Source: Geosiphon pyriformis uo1
Lineage: Eukaryota; Fungi; Glomeromycota
DNA: 64,000 nucleotides
Direction: 5' to 3'
Assembly: GCA_016748015.1 (NCBI GenBank)
Contig: JAAOMT010000197.1
Span: 406,388-470,387, forward strand
The number at the start of each line of letters is the position of its first letter. The first letter of the stretch is position 1. This document shows positions 1 through 11,274 of this stretch, one piece after another. The position numbers and the translations under genes are program-made. A model generated the notes under the pieces. The model was given only the letters and a program-made list of their open reading frames with translations, was not told where the DNA came from and made no database searches.

Positions 1-365
1 AAATTCAATGAAATAGTTTACAGTTTGCAAGAAAAAGAGTGCTAGAACTTGAAATAATATTATAATTAGATGTATAAAAAAAAAACTTCTTTAAGAAAAT
101 TGTATTTTACAATTAGATATTTTTCTTGAATAACATTAGTTATTACAAATTAACAAAATAGATTTTTTATTAAAAAACTAAACTCATCTTTAATTATTTA
201 TTAGTTCAATTAAAATTCTGAAATTAACTAGTTACCAATTTTAATAAACCAAATTAATTATTCCAAATTTAAAGGAAAAACATTTTTTTAATAATATAAA
301 AAAAACTTTTGTTAAGATTATTTTAATATATTAACTATTTATATATATTAAAAAAAGAGTGATTT

Positions 366-2654
366 AAAAAACTCTTTGTCTCCTTAATTTTATGAATACA
401 ATCAGAGCAAAGAGTAAAAAAGCTGCACCTGATATCTGTCCTGAGATATCTAATAAAATTTCAACCAAAAGAGCTCTCTCTATTGTAGAAGCAACTAGGC
501 AGAATGTTTTAGAAGCCTTTTCCTTATTCAGTAATTATAATAAGCTGCCTTTGGTAGCCATTAAAGCAACTTCTTCATTTTTGGCTGGTTTCTTATCAGT
601 CAAAGTTTCCTCAAAGAGACACACTTGGGTTAGTTCTAGTATTGCCTCTACCCTGACTAAAAGCCCAAAAGTTTTTAATAATAGACTAGTAAATAAGCTG
701 GTCTTTCCTTCTATAGATTCAACATCTGGTGCTTCTAGTACCACCTCTTCAAAAAAAATGGTCAAAAAGACCAAAAGTTCAGAAAAGTGGAGACAGTCGC
801 TTGTCTCTGCTATTGTTACACCAAACCTCTTTGTGATTTCCAATAAGATCTTAGATAAGATCTCTATAGCATCATCTGGCATGTTGTCCAAGATGGGCCA
901 AGATTAACCACTGGCTGTGTTGCCAAATGTGATGTCTTCTGATAGATTATTGCCAGTTTTAAAAGCAAAGCAATCTTTTCCTATCAAGTCATCTGTTCTT
1001 GGGAACTGGACTGATCAAATGGAAACTGAATCATCTCCTTCTCTAGTTTCTGGTGCTATTTCTGGTGGTGCTTAGGAAACTATTACTAGTCATTAAAGAT
1101 TTGCTGGATGGGTGACCTCTACTCTGGTGCCTGGTGCTACTTTTAAGATTAAATTGGCTCATGTTAAGGCTGTTTTTCAGTTAGTACATGGTTTCTTGGA
1201 TGCAAAGTTAGTATCAAAAGACAATGTAAAACTGTTTTGTGTGGAGTTTGCTTCTCAAGTGTCTTTAGAAGCTGCATTCTTAATTGAGCTTACAAGCTCT
1301 GTATATTTGGCCATCCTTAAAATTACCAAGTCTTTGGTAATTTCTGAGTCTGGTTCCCCTTCTGCTGCTGTTGTACTGTGTGATGTGCCTTTGGGTGTGT
1401 CTGCTGCTGATATTAAGACAGCTCTCTGTATGTTTGATAGTGTTACTTGTGTTGTACTGAAGTTTGCTGGTGTTTGGCAGTATGTGGTAGTTTATTTTAA
1501 AAAGTTGAACTCTGCTGTGTTTGCTTTGAATCATTGGTCAGTATTGGTGGGCAAGGATAGTGTTAGAATCTTTCCCTTGGTGAATCAAAATGAGACTATT
1601 TTGTCTCATGATAGATTTAAAACCAAGTTGGTCAATCTTTCTTCTGGCTGTACTACCTTTGAAATCAGTAATATGATTTTTTAGGTTGGTGGCCAGACTT
1701 GTTTCATTCCTTAGTCTCCTGATTCTAATCATTATCTCTGCTTTGCTCTAGTTATATTTGGCTCCCAAGTTGATTTGGATCTTACAGTTGCCAAAACTGG
1801 TACACTTAGAAAGTGCTGTATCTGGTAAGAGACTCCTAATTGTCAGCATTGTTTTCAGTATCAAGAAATAGGTCACTTGGCTGTAGACTGTGAGATTGCT
1901 TCATCTCCCTTTCTTAAGACTCCCAAGATATTTAAACCACGTTTTGTTGGTTTTTTGTCTTATGCTAAGACATTTGCTCTCCCTGTTATGTCTGAATTTT
2001 CTCTTTTGGTGGCTTTTGCCCCTCCTGTAACTATTGTTGATCCTGCTGTTGGGTTTAAATTGGACTCTTTGAAAAAGCAAATTTCGATTTTGGCTGCTTT
2101 GATAGAGTCTATTGTTAAGCCTGTTGGCTCTTTGATTGCCTTGGTATTTCATCTCCTTGATGATAATATTGTTAAAACTGTTCAAGTTGAGAAAGATTTC
2201 TTTTTTATGAAATATGCTTCTAACAATTTTGCCAATCTTTTGGTTGGTGTGTCTAAGAACATTGCTTGTCTTAGATCTGAAGTTGACTTTGGTGGCATGG
2301 ATTATGATGATATGCAGACCACCAAACCTTCTTTCTTAAGTGAGAACACTGTTGAATGTATTATAGTTTTGTGACAGATGTTGGGTGCTGAAGTTAGGAG
2401 TAGTGTTGAATCTACTAGATTATTTCTTAGTGAGTTTATTTTTGATTCTAGGAATCTGAATGGTGTTATTGAAAAAATTTGTGAGTTGAAATTATTTCCA
2501 TCTCCTATTGTTTCAGCTTAGTTAGTGCCTTGATTAACTTAAGTGGTTTGTCACATATAGAAAATACATGATTCATGTCTAATTTGTAATCCCTTAGTGA
2601 CACATAGTATTAGATAATGTTTGGGCACACTTTGTTAAAACATAATAAAAAAAA
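366..2654 (+). mobile_element. Non-autonomous ORF1-only LINE derivative (HAL1-like architecture), copy 1
   Basis: Short 5' leader (aaaaaactctttgtctccttaatttt-ATG), one long ORF1-like frame, then a 3' UTR (2522-2640) homologous to the LINE 3' UTRs at 16990-17100, 29710-29830 and 35825-35941, and an A-rich tail. No endonuclease or RT sequence. Second copy at 31747-32543 + 51198-51395. Confidence 0.8.
392..2521 (+). pseudogene. LINE ORF1-like protein (~709 codons; RRM-like region and CCHC-type knuckle) with premature stops
   Basis: ORF-track pieces 392, 1112 and 1877 share one frame ending at TAG 2519-2521. 'HWSVLVGKDSVRIF...DRFKTKLVNLSSG' aligns with LINE D ORF1 'KWLFLIGKDSVHIV...DQFRAFLFTLPVG'. 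Decayed knuckle 'CFQYQEIGHLAVDC' at ~1850-1892. Confidence 0.8.
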
Positions 2655-2749
2655 TATATATATATTAAATTAATTAAATTAATTATAAGTTTACTTAACA
2701 TGTTATTTTTTTAAAAACTAATAATTTAGATAATCAAATTCAAATAGAA

Positions 2750-3530
2750 TTACAAAATAGTTTTTTTGGTATATTAATTATTAATACTTTTGTTTTAATT
2801 GCAATTAGTTTTTTATGAGTTTTTTAATTTTATTTGTGTGATAATACTAATTTTATACTAAAGATTTTTTTTAATGTTGTAATATAAGTTATTTTTTAAT
2901 TTCTAATTATTGTATGTATTTATGTATTTTTTTTCAGAACTGAACTAAAATCTATTTACTGTTTTGAAATTTTTTTGAAGCTATTTTTGCAATTGTCTAA
3001 TGTGTTTTTTTAATTTAAAAACACAGAATATTAATAGTTTTTGGCATTTTGCCTAATTTTTACAATAAAGTTTTTATTAATTAGTAATAATATAAATAAT
3101 TTTGATAGATTATTTTATTTAATAAATAATACAAATAAGTTTTTTAATACTTTTTAATTGTGATGATTCAGTTTTTAATATTATTCCTTATTTATTTTTA
3201 ATTTAAAATTTTTTTTAAATATTTATTAGAAATAAAGATTAAAAGATAATTAAAGTAAAAAATTGAATTATTAGAATTAATTATTTAGATTATTGTTTTT
3301 AATATTAAATTACTATATATATATATATATGTTTATAGTTCTATAAAAAACTATATTATAATATTTTTTTTAATATTTTAATTTAATACTTATTACTATT
3401 ATTAATTAGTACTTACTGTTATTATAAACTGATGTTTATTGCTATTATAAAATAATATTTATTATTATATTAATTATTATCTTTCTAAAATTATTACTAT
3501 ATTATTTTTATAACTTTTTATTAAATTTTT
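2750..3530 (-). repeat. Decayed LTR of the same family as 17688-18438
   Basis: Reverse complement aligns collinearly with 17700-18438, e.g. 'tattatcacacaaataaaattaaaaaactcataaaaaactaattgcaattaaa' vs 'cattatcacacaaatagaattgaggaactcacgaaagactgattgcaattaaa'. Confidence 0.7.
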
Positions 3531-4015
3531 TATTAAATTTTAAGTTTCTATAGTAGTTTAATACTGTATTATTAATTTGTTATTATAATTTTTAAAATTA
3601 TAAGTTGTTAAATTAATAATTATTATTTTTATAATTAAATTTAATAATATTTTATAACAGTTTTTAAATGTTTTAAAAATTTTATAAACTGTTTTTAAAT
3701 AAAATTTATTGTTGGTTTTTCCAATAAAACTTTTTAACTAATGTATTATTATTTTGTTAAATACTCTAATTAATAATATTATATGTTTAAGTATTTTTTA
3801 AGTTAATAATAACAATAGTTAATTAGAAGTTTTGTTTTTAGTTATCAAATATGCTTAGTATTAATTTTTTTATTTCTATTTTTTTTGTTATTAATATATT
3901 GTTTAAGATTATTTCTAATTTTTTGATAATTTTATTAATAAGCTTGTTATTATATTTAAAACTAATAGTATATTACTTAAAATTGTGTTTATTTCTATTT
4001 TTAATTTTTTTATTG

Positions 4016-4051
<36 letters not shown>

Positions 4052-4129
4052 GATTAATAAGTAAAATCTAATTGCTATTTAATATACAGAATTAAACTAA
4101 GTAACTTAAACAAAATATAACTTATATAC

Positions 4130-4985
4130 TGTTACTCATAGAAATATAAGAAATGTATTAACATAATTATTAGCCAATCAGAAGTAAGCATAGTAAATAT
4201 GGAATTCCAGAATTCCTCTCAGAAATTGCAGGATTTCAGGAATTTCAGGATTCCCAATGAAGAATTGCAGGATTCCAGAATTCCAGAATTCCTTTCAAAG
4301 AAATCGCAGGATTCCAGGAATTTCAGGATTCCTGTCATGAAGAATCGAAGAATTGAGGAATCTCAATTATGTATATATAGCAGTAGTGTTAGAAACAGAA
4401 AAGAGAGAATCAAAAACACAGAATCCTTAGCCTAGAAACACAATCATCAAATAAATAATTATTTCATATCTCAATCCACTCCCCACTATCAATCCTTCAT
4501 GTTGATAATTGATACTTAACCATGCTGGAACAATAGCTCTTGATTATGGCTATTGACGGGATACTAATTTGCAAATCATCTTGGCTTATTTTTTTGCTTT
4601 CTTTATTTTCTTTTCTTTCTTTTTCTTTATTTTATTTTGTTGTTATATACTAATTGATAAAAGATTAAGCACTGAGTTATTGACATCAAAGATAGCCTGG
4701 TAAAAGACTCAGAAATATGGGTAGGATTTTATATATTATCGGATAGCTTACCAGAAGGGCACAACTGCCAGACTAAATCCGGCCACCACGCTGAGAAAGA
4801 AATTGGAAAAACTCTTGGAAAATATATCTACTATCGACACTATTGAATCTCTGTCCATTATACAAAAGACTCAACCAAAACCTTCAGATACAGCATCTTC
4901 AGAACAGCTTCAATGAAAGTAGCTTTTGAGCACCAAGTTATGGATTTGTTATTTAATTCAATAGCAGAAATAATCACCTGTAACA
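4130..4985 (+). repeat. 5' LTR of Gypsy-1 (856 bp)
   Basis: ~95% identical to 13355-14120 apart from a minisatellite expansion at ~4230-4330. TG...CA ends; TATA-like tatatatag at 4372-4380. Confidence 0.95.
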
Positions 4986-4987
4986 TT

Positions 4988-5004
4988 TAGTGCTCTCTGT
5001 GAGG
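4988..5004 (+). promoter_or_regulatory. Primer-binding site (decayed TGGTGCTCTCTGTGAGG)
   Basis: Lies 2 nt after the 5' LTR. Gypsy-2 has tttggtattttttgtatag at the same position (33563-33581). The consensus is complementary to a tRNA 3' end ...GAGCACCA; tRNA identity not determined. Confidence 0.75.
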
Positions 5005-5047
5005 TATAATCCTACAGAGAACCAGCACCGACAACACCAAACCAAAA

Positions 5048-6798
5048 GTGGCAGAATCAGAAAACATAGGAGCAAACCATTTAGAATTTGCAAAATCCTT
5101 ATTCCAACACTATTGTCAATACTTGGAATTAAACCACAATCATATATCCACCAAATCAGCCTTCAATTTCTATGTCAACGAAAAGATTTCTTCTTTATTA
5201 GGAACACCAGTGAATACTGAATCAGCAAGAGAAACTTTCTATAAAGAATTAATTCAAAACACCAACCTACCAACAAATCATAATTTTGCATCCATCATCA
5301 CTTAAATCAACAAAAAAATTGAACACTACACTCAACAAAAATATCCAATTACATATGCTAGTAAAGACAAGGGAAAATTACAAACACCAGCAGTAACACC
5401 CAAAAAATTACAGCCACCTGCTTGGAAGAAAAACAGAGTTGAATCCCCAAGCAACCCATCCTACCACTATACACCTGGAAGTGCCATCAACATATCATCA
5501 ACTGACACGTTCTTATCAACTGCGACATCAACATTTGGACAATTCCTATTCCAAAGTAGACAAAGGAAAACAGAATTGCTAGGACTATATGGTGAATACT
5601 TTGAGGGATTTAATTCACGATCATCAACCATCAGGACTTCAATCACCACCGCCTCCACCAGATTTCAGAATCTCTGATCCGTGGGAAACAGTAGAATCAG
5701 AAAAAGAAGAAGAATCAGAGGATCAAGAATTTACTTACTGAAACCCCAGAAGTTGAAACCCTGAATCTTCAAGCTCAGCAAAATTTAAATATAGAAAATT
5801 CGAAAATCAAAACTCAGAATCAGCAAAAACAGAACAATTCAAAACCTGAATTAATTAATTAGCAAAACTTACCTCTAATAATTGTCATCAATCAACTGCC
5901 AATTAATCCAGTAGCCAAACCTATACAACAGCCACTTCAACTACCACCTCAACAACTACTTTAACAGCCACCACAACCATCTAACTTAGACCCAATAGCC
6001 TATGCACCCATCACAAAACTCAACAACTTTACTGGTAAAGAGGATGACACTCAAGTATGGCTGAATGATGTAGAAAAGGCCATCACAGTCAACAGATGGA
6101 ATGATGCCCGAGCCATGCAAGCCATTCCCTACTTTTTCAAGGATACTGCCGATTCATAGTATCAAAGCTTGGTTAATAAACCACAAGATTTTAATGCCTT
6201 CAAAGTGGAATTTCTAAGATACTTCAGCAACAACAATAGCATCAATTGCCTAGTCAATACATTCACCACCATGAAACAAGAAGAAACTGAAGCAGTCACC
6301 ACTTACCTGGGACGCTTCCATCGAAACTTGGGCCAAATTCAAGCAATTGACGATGACTATTTCACAGCACCACAGATATTCAACCAGTTTATTTGTGGCC
6401 TATGCAGCAGCATCTTGCAACATGTATGTCCATTGCATCCTGACACACTTCAAGACACAGTCACATGTGCCAGAGATTTTGAATCTGCTGAGTCAGAGGC
6501 TAACCATGCCCAAGCTGTTAATCTAGTAATGAATGGATCATCTGAATTGAATTCTAAATTAGAGAAGTTCAGTGAATCAATCAATAAGAGATTGAAAGAA
6601 TACTTAGCTGACAATCATGCTATTTATCAGCCTCCACAACAACGCAATAACCAAGGACATCCTAATTGTGGCCAAAATCAACTGTGTCTATCTTCATCAA
6701 TCAATCAACAGTGGCAACAAGAAACATGTATCTGCCACTATTGTGGTAACCAAGGACATATTCAAATTGACTGTCACCAGCGTTTAAATAACCAATGA
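5048..6798 (+). pseudogene. gag: Gag (retrotransposon capsid-like domain and CCHC zinc knuckle)
   Basis: 'FNAFKVEFLRYF...MKQEETEAVTTYLGRF' capsid-like motif; knuckle CHYCGNQGHIQIDC; in-frame stops present. Confidence 0.85.
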
Positions 6799-7349
6799 TC
6801 GGGAAATTAATATCAAAACCCTGATTGCTGGTTCCAAACTCCGAATCATTATCCAAATCAAAGTCAAGACCAATATTGGAATAATTACTTGTTAATGATG
6901 CAGCAACCAATCTATCAACCACCAGTATATTAACCTCCGATTTATCAGCTGCAGCCACAAGTAATATATCAACTGCAGCCACAAATCATCTATCAACCCC
7001 AACCAATTCAAACACTGCTCCAGAACCCAGCTCAAATGACATCAGGCAACCTTCAATCCAAAGTCACTCAAAACTGAAGATCGGCGATAGTTGTTCACCA
7101 ACCAATTCCCTATTCGCTAGACCTACCATCAAGATTACATACCCAGAATTTGGATACCAGTCGCATCCAAAACCCAAATTTCCAACATTATTTAAGTCTC
7201 CTGATTACTCCAGAAAACACCACATCCAACAACACAGAATTCAATCAGCATGTACCTACCAACACAATTCTACCAGCAACCATCTCTAGCAATGAATCCC
7301 TAGTAGTCATCTTTCCTTTCGAACTCGAAGAAAACACACCAATACCATT

Positions 7350-7770
7350 ATTCAGTAGAGCTGCCCTCGAAGAGAAACCCATAACAGCAATGTACACAGA
7401 TGCCAGAGTTGATGGTCATCCCATCAAACTCATCCTAGATAGTGAATCAGCTGGCAACATAATCACATGACAACTCATAGATCAATTAGGTCACTGAGTT
7501 GATCGAACTGCCAGTGCCAGAATCATTACAGCCGATGGAGTGACCAAAACTTCAATCGGTGAAATCGACGAGTTTTTTTTTGAAGTTAATGGCATCGTGA
7601 CTCCTATTAAAGTTCTAGTAATGGAAGCCACTCAATACCAAGCTCTCGTTGGTAATGACTGGCTATCCAAAGTCAATGCAACGTTAAACTGGAACACCCA
7701 GGAACTCCAACTAATGTATTAGGGCCAACACATACGTGTCCTGGCCACGTATGGCCATTTCAAAACGCCT
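7350..7770 (+). pseudogene. Retropepsin aspartic protease
   Basis: 'IKLILDSESAG' (decayed LDSGS) and 'ALVGNDWLSKVNATLNW' (ILGxDWL-type motif). Confidence 0.85.
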
Positions 7771-8974
7771 CCAAGAGAGAAACTATTGATCGAACTGGAG
7801 GAGGAGAAAGAAAAGCCTACCTGGGAAGCCTACCAAATATTGTGGGCTGATGAAGAGCACAACAAGCTGCCATCAATACTCTCCTGGGATGACAACAACA
7901 AGGAAAAAGGGAAACAAAAGGAAAAACTTACCTGAGAAACTGATGATCTGACATGGACTGACAACGACGAAAGCGAACTGACTTCAAGCTGGGGATGAGA
8001 AGAAGACAAAGAAAATAAAGGGAAAGAAAAAGAAAAAGAGACCACCCAAACCACCACTGCTTATAACACCCACACTATACCACAACAATCTACCTATCAT
8101 TGACCTAAACTTATATGCATCGATTGTGGTAAGAAATTGTCGTCAATAGGCACATGCTGTGATGACGATAAGGAATACCACACTGCAACAAAATTCTACT
8201 GTCGTCCATGCTTATTCAAATGCTTTAGACAACCAAAGAGGCAAGGAAAATGGGATAACCAACCTTGTCTCACTTGTGGGAAGACCCTGCTAGATGAAGG
8301 AATGTGGAACGACATCCCAAGACATGAAAAACGTGCAATGTATCATGTCAATACACAATGCTAATAAGTGACTGGGTAAGGAAAAGAACCCCAATGGAAG
8401 CAGCCTGGCGAAGAGCCGTACAGCAACTGAACAGTTGCCCACATGACGATGACAAAATTTGGTGAATAGCACTCGCCAAAATCGAAGGAGTGACGCCAGA
8501 AGAAATAAAAATGATCAAAGACAACCCCCCAGAACCTTTAGAGCTTAACTGGGATGCAGAACCCATCATAAACCTCCTGAATCCGGAACAATTTCATGAA
8601 CACTACCAAGAATTAGCACCCACAAGGGAAGAAGGAGAACAACAGTTAGAGCAGTTGAATGCTTGACTATGTCAATACTGCCTAATTCCCTGTGACTTCC
8701 AGTATTGTAATGAGTGTGACCTCATTTACAATCCACCACCACGCATGATCTACTCAATCCCTGAAGAAGAAGAACCAATCAGCAGCTGCACATCAGAATC
8801 AAAATCGCTGATCAATCGCGATTCAAACTCTGATGATAACAATGATAACAATGGTTCAAGCTCCATTCAAATTGGCAATGACAATGAAAACAATTCAGAC
8901 TCAGATTCAAAACCCGATGTAAACTATGAACAATACATTGCACTACCAGATCTCTCCAAAGAACAAGAGTTGAA

Positions 8975-9400
8975 ATGGTATAGTGACCATGGAGAAGATA
9001 TTATGCCAGAATGTGCACATGACACAGATGCAGAGTTTGATCTGAGATATTCAGGAAAAGAGGCCATCAAATTAGAACTGCATTCATGCACCTGCATTGA
9101 TCTGAAAATAGCACTAGAAATTCCGGCAACAACAATGGTTCAATTAGCATCTAGAAGTAGTTTAGTGAAAAGAGGGATCAATATAAGAGGAGGAATAATT
9201 AACACGGGATATGTAGGAAATATCATCACTATGCTACAAAATGACTCAGAAAAGGCCTATATAATAGAGCCCAACAAAAAAATAGCACAGGCAATATTCC
9301 TGCCTCTGATTAGAGTAGCTCAGTTAGTGTTAGTGGGAAAGAGGGAGGAATTAGGAATAACAGTGAGGGAAATACAAGGATTTGGATCAACGGATAGAAT
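8975..9400 (+). pseudogene. dut: Trimeric dUTPase domain inside the Gypsy polyprotein
   Basis: All five motifs visible though decayed: 'DAEFDL' (AGxDL), 'ASRSSL', 'GGIINTGYVGNI' (GxIDxGYxG), 'KIAQAI', 'REIQGFGST' (RGxxGFGST). Confidence 0.9.
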
Positions 9401-9849
9401 AGAGGTACCAGTTAATATGGCAAAGGAAGAAATTGTTGGCCAAGGAAAAATTATTTCAACTGGTCAAGCTATTTCTATTCCACCATATAGCTAGTACATG
9501 TTAGCAATAGAAAGAAAGAAAAAGAAACAAGAACAGATTTTTGAAGCGGAAGCAACCCTTTGTGAATCAGGAGAGATTGGGTTAATCAATCTCCACATAC
9601 CAGCCAAAAGCTATAGCAGCATAAAAATTCCTATTTACAACAACACTGGCAATGTCATCAACATACCAGAAGGAACCACTATTGGATATTTAACCACAGA
9701 AATTGAAGACCAACTACCAAACCCCATTCCAGACTTTCCACAACTTTGTGGATATATTGACATCACATCACAAACAATCTATGGACGAGACAAATGTTAT
9801 TTGCTCCAATCAGAACAATTGAAACAAATAAACATGGAAAACTTAGATT

Positions 9850-11210
9850 TACTCCAATGTATGCAGTTCAAGATGTTACTTAACAATTTCAATGACATCT
9901 TTGCCAGTAAAAATGAGTTTGGCCGAACTGACATCATCCAGCATCAGATCAAGACTGGAGATGCAATGCCAATCAAACAAAGAGCATACAGAGTGCCACC
10001 AGCCAGCCATGAGATTATTCGTCAAGAGATAAACAGAATGCTTGATAATGAGCTAATTCAACCATCAATGAGTCTATGGTCGTCACCAGTAGTACTTGTC
10101 CATAAGAAAAATGGAAAAATCCGGTTTTGTGTAGACTACAGAAAACTCAATGGTATAACTCATGGAGACAGTTATCCAACTCCATAAATACAGGAATTAT
10201 TCAATGCTTTCGGTGAGAACAAATGGTTTTCCACATTAGATTTGAACAGTGGTTACTGGCAAGTAGCCATAAATCCAGCTGACAAAGAGAAGATGACATT
10301 TACTACTAGAGAAGGGAATTTCAAATTTGAAGTAATGCCATTTGGCTTAACCAATGCCCCAGCAACTTTCCAACGGCTAATGAAAATTGTTTATACTGGC
10401 TTATTGTGGAAATCAGTAGTTGTATACTTGGACAACACCAATGTATTCTCAAAGACATTTGATGATCAAGTATTCAAAAGACTAAGAAAAGCAGGACTAA
10501 AGTTAAATGCGACAAAGTGCTTCTTTGGCAAGACAGAACTCAAATTCTTGGGACACATAGTCAGCAAAGACGACATCAAAATGGATCCAGAGAAAATAGA
10601 GATAGTAAAGAACTTTCCAGTACCAATCAATATAACAGAACTGAAATCATTCTTGAAATTCACCAGTTACTATTGTCGTTTTATCAAGAACTTTTCCAAG
10701 ATAGCGCAGCCACTCAATCAACTGCAAAACAAAAATACAAAATATGAATGGACAGAAAGTCAACAAGAAGCTTTTGATATTCTGAGGAAAAAGCTCATCC
10801 AAGCTTCAGTACTGATCTATCCAGATTACAGCAAACTATTCATCATCACCACCAATGCATCCGGCCAAGCATTGGGAGCAGTATTATCTCAGAGAGGACC
10901 AGACGGCAGAGAACATTCAGTAGCATATGCCAGCAGAGGTTTAACATTAGCCGAAAAGAACTATAGAACACCAGAACAAGAACACTTAGTAATATACTGG
11001 GCTGTCATGAAATGGAAAGAATACTTGAGCCAGAAGTTTGAAGTATACACAGATCACAAGGGATTAACATCACTCCAAAAACAAGAATTTGGAGATAGAA
11101 GACAGTCAAGATGGAAAATGGCACTCACATCATACAATTATATCATATATTACAAAAAGGGAAAAGACAACAGAAATGCTGACGGTTTATCGTGAATAAG
11201 ACAAATCTAA
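9850..11210 (+). pseudogene. pol: Reverse transcriptase and RNase H (Ty3/Gypsy type)
   Basis: 'WSSPVVLV..K.GKIRFCVDYRKLN', 'VMPFGLTNAPATFQR', YLDN (decayed YLDD), 'TNASGQALGAVLSQ', 'VYTDHKGL', 'NRNADGLS'. Confidence 0.95.
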
Positions 11211-11274
11211 GAATATTTCAACCCAAAAATATAATAAAAACCAGAACAATACCAATAGAAAAATACAACAAAAA

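Noticed and set aside
76-92. aaaaaaaaaacttcttt resembling the LINE 5' end
   Set aside because: Downstream sequence does not match the LINE 5' UTR, and copy 2 places the ORF1-only element start near 366.
535-2185. Minus-strand ORFs 535-891, 1280-1534, 1538-1732, 1901-2185
   Set aside because: Antisense shadows of the ORF1-like frame with no recognisable motifs.
3851-4057. Hydrophobic ORF ending in poly-Ile (similar ORFs at 31605, 50203, 53467)
   Set aside because: Products of AT-rich decayed repeats and (TAT)n tracts, not membrane proteins.
4199-4435. 78-aa repetitive ORF, and its repeats as a possible CRISPR array
   Set aside because: Translation of an LTR minisatellite; no unique spacers, eukaryotic context, no cas genes.
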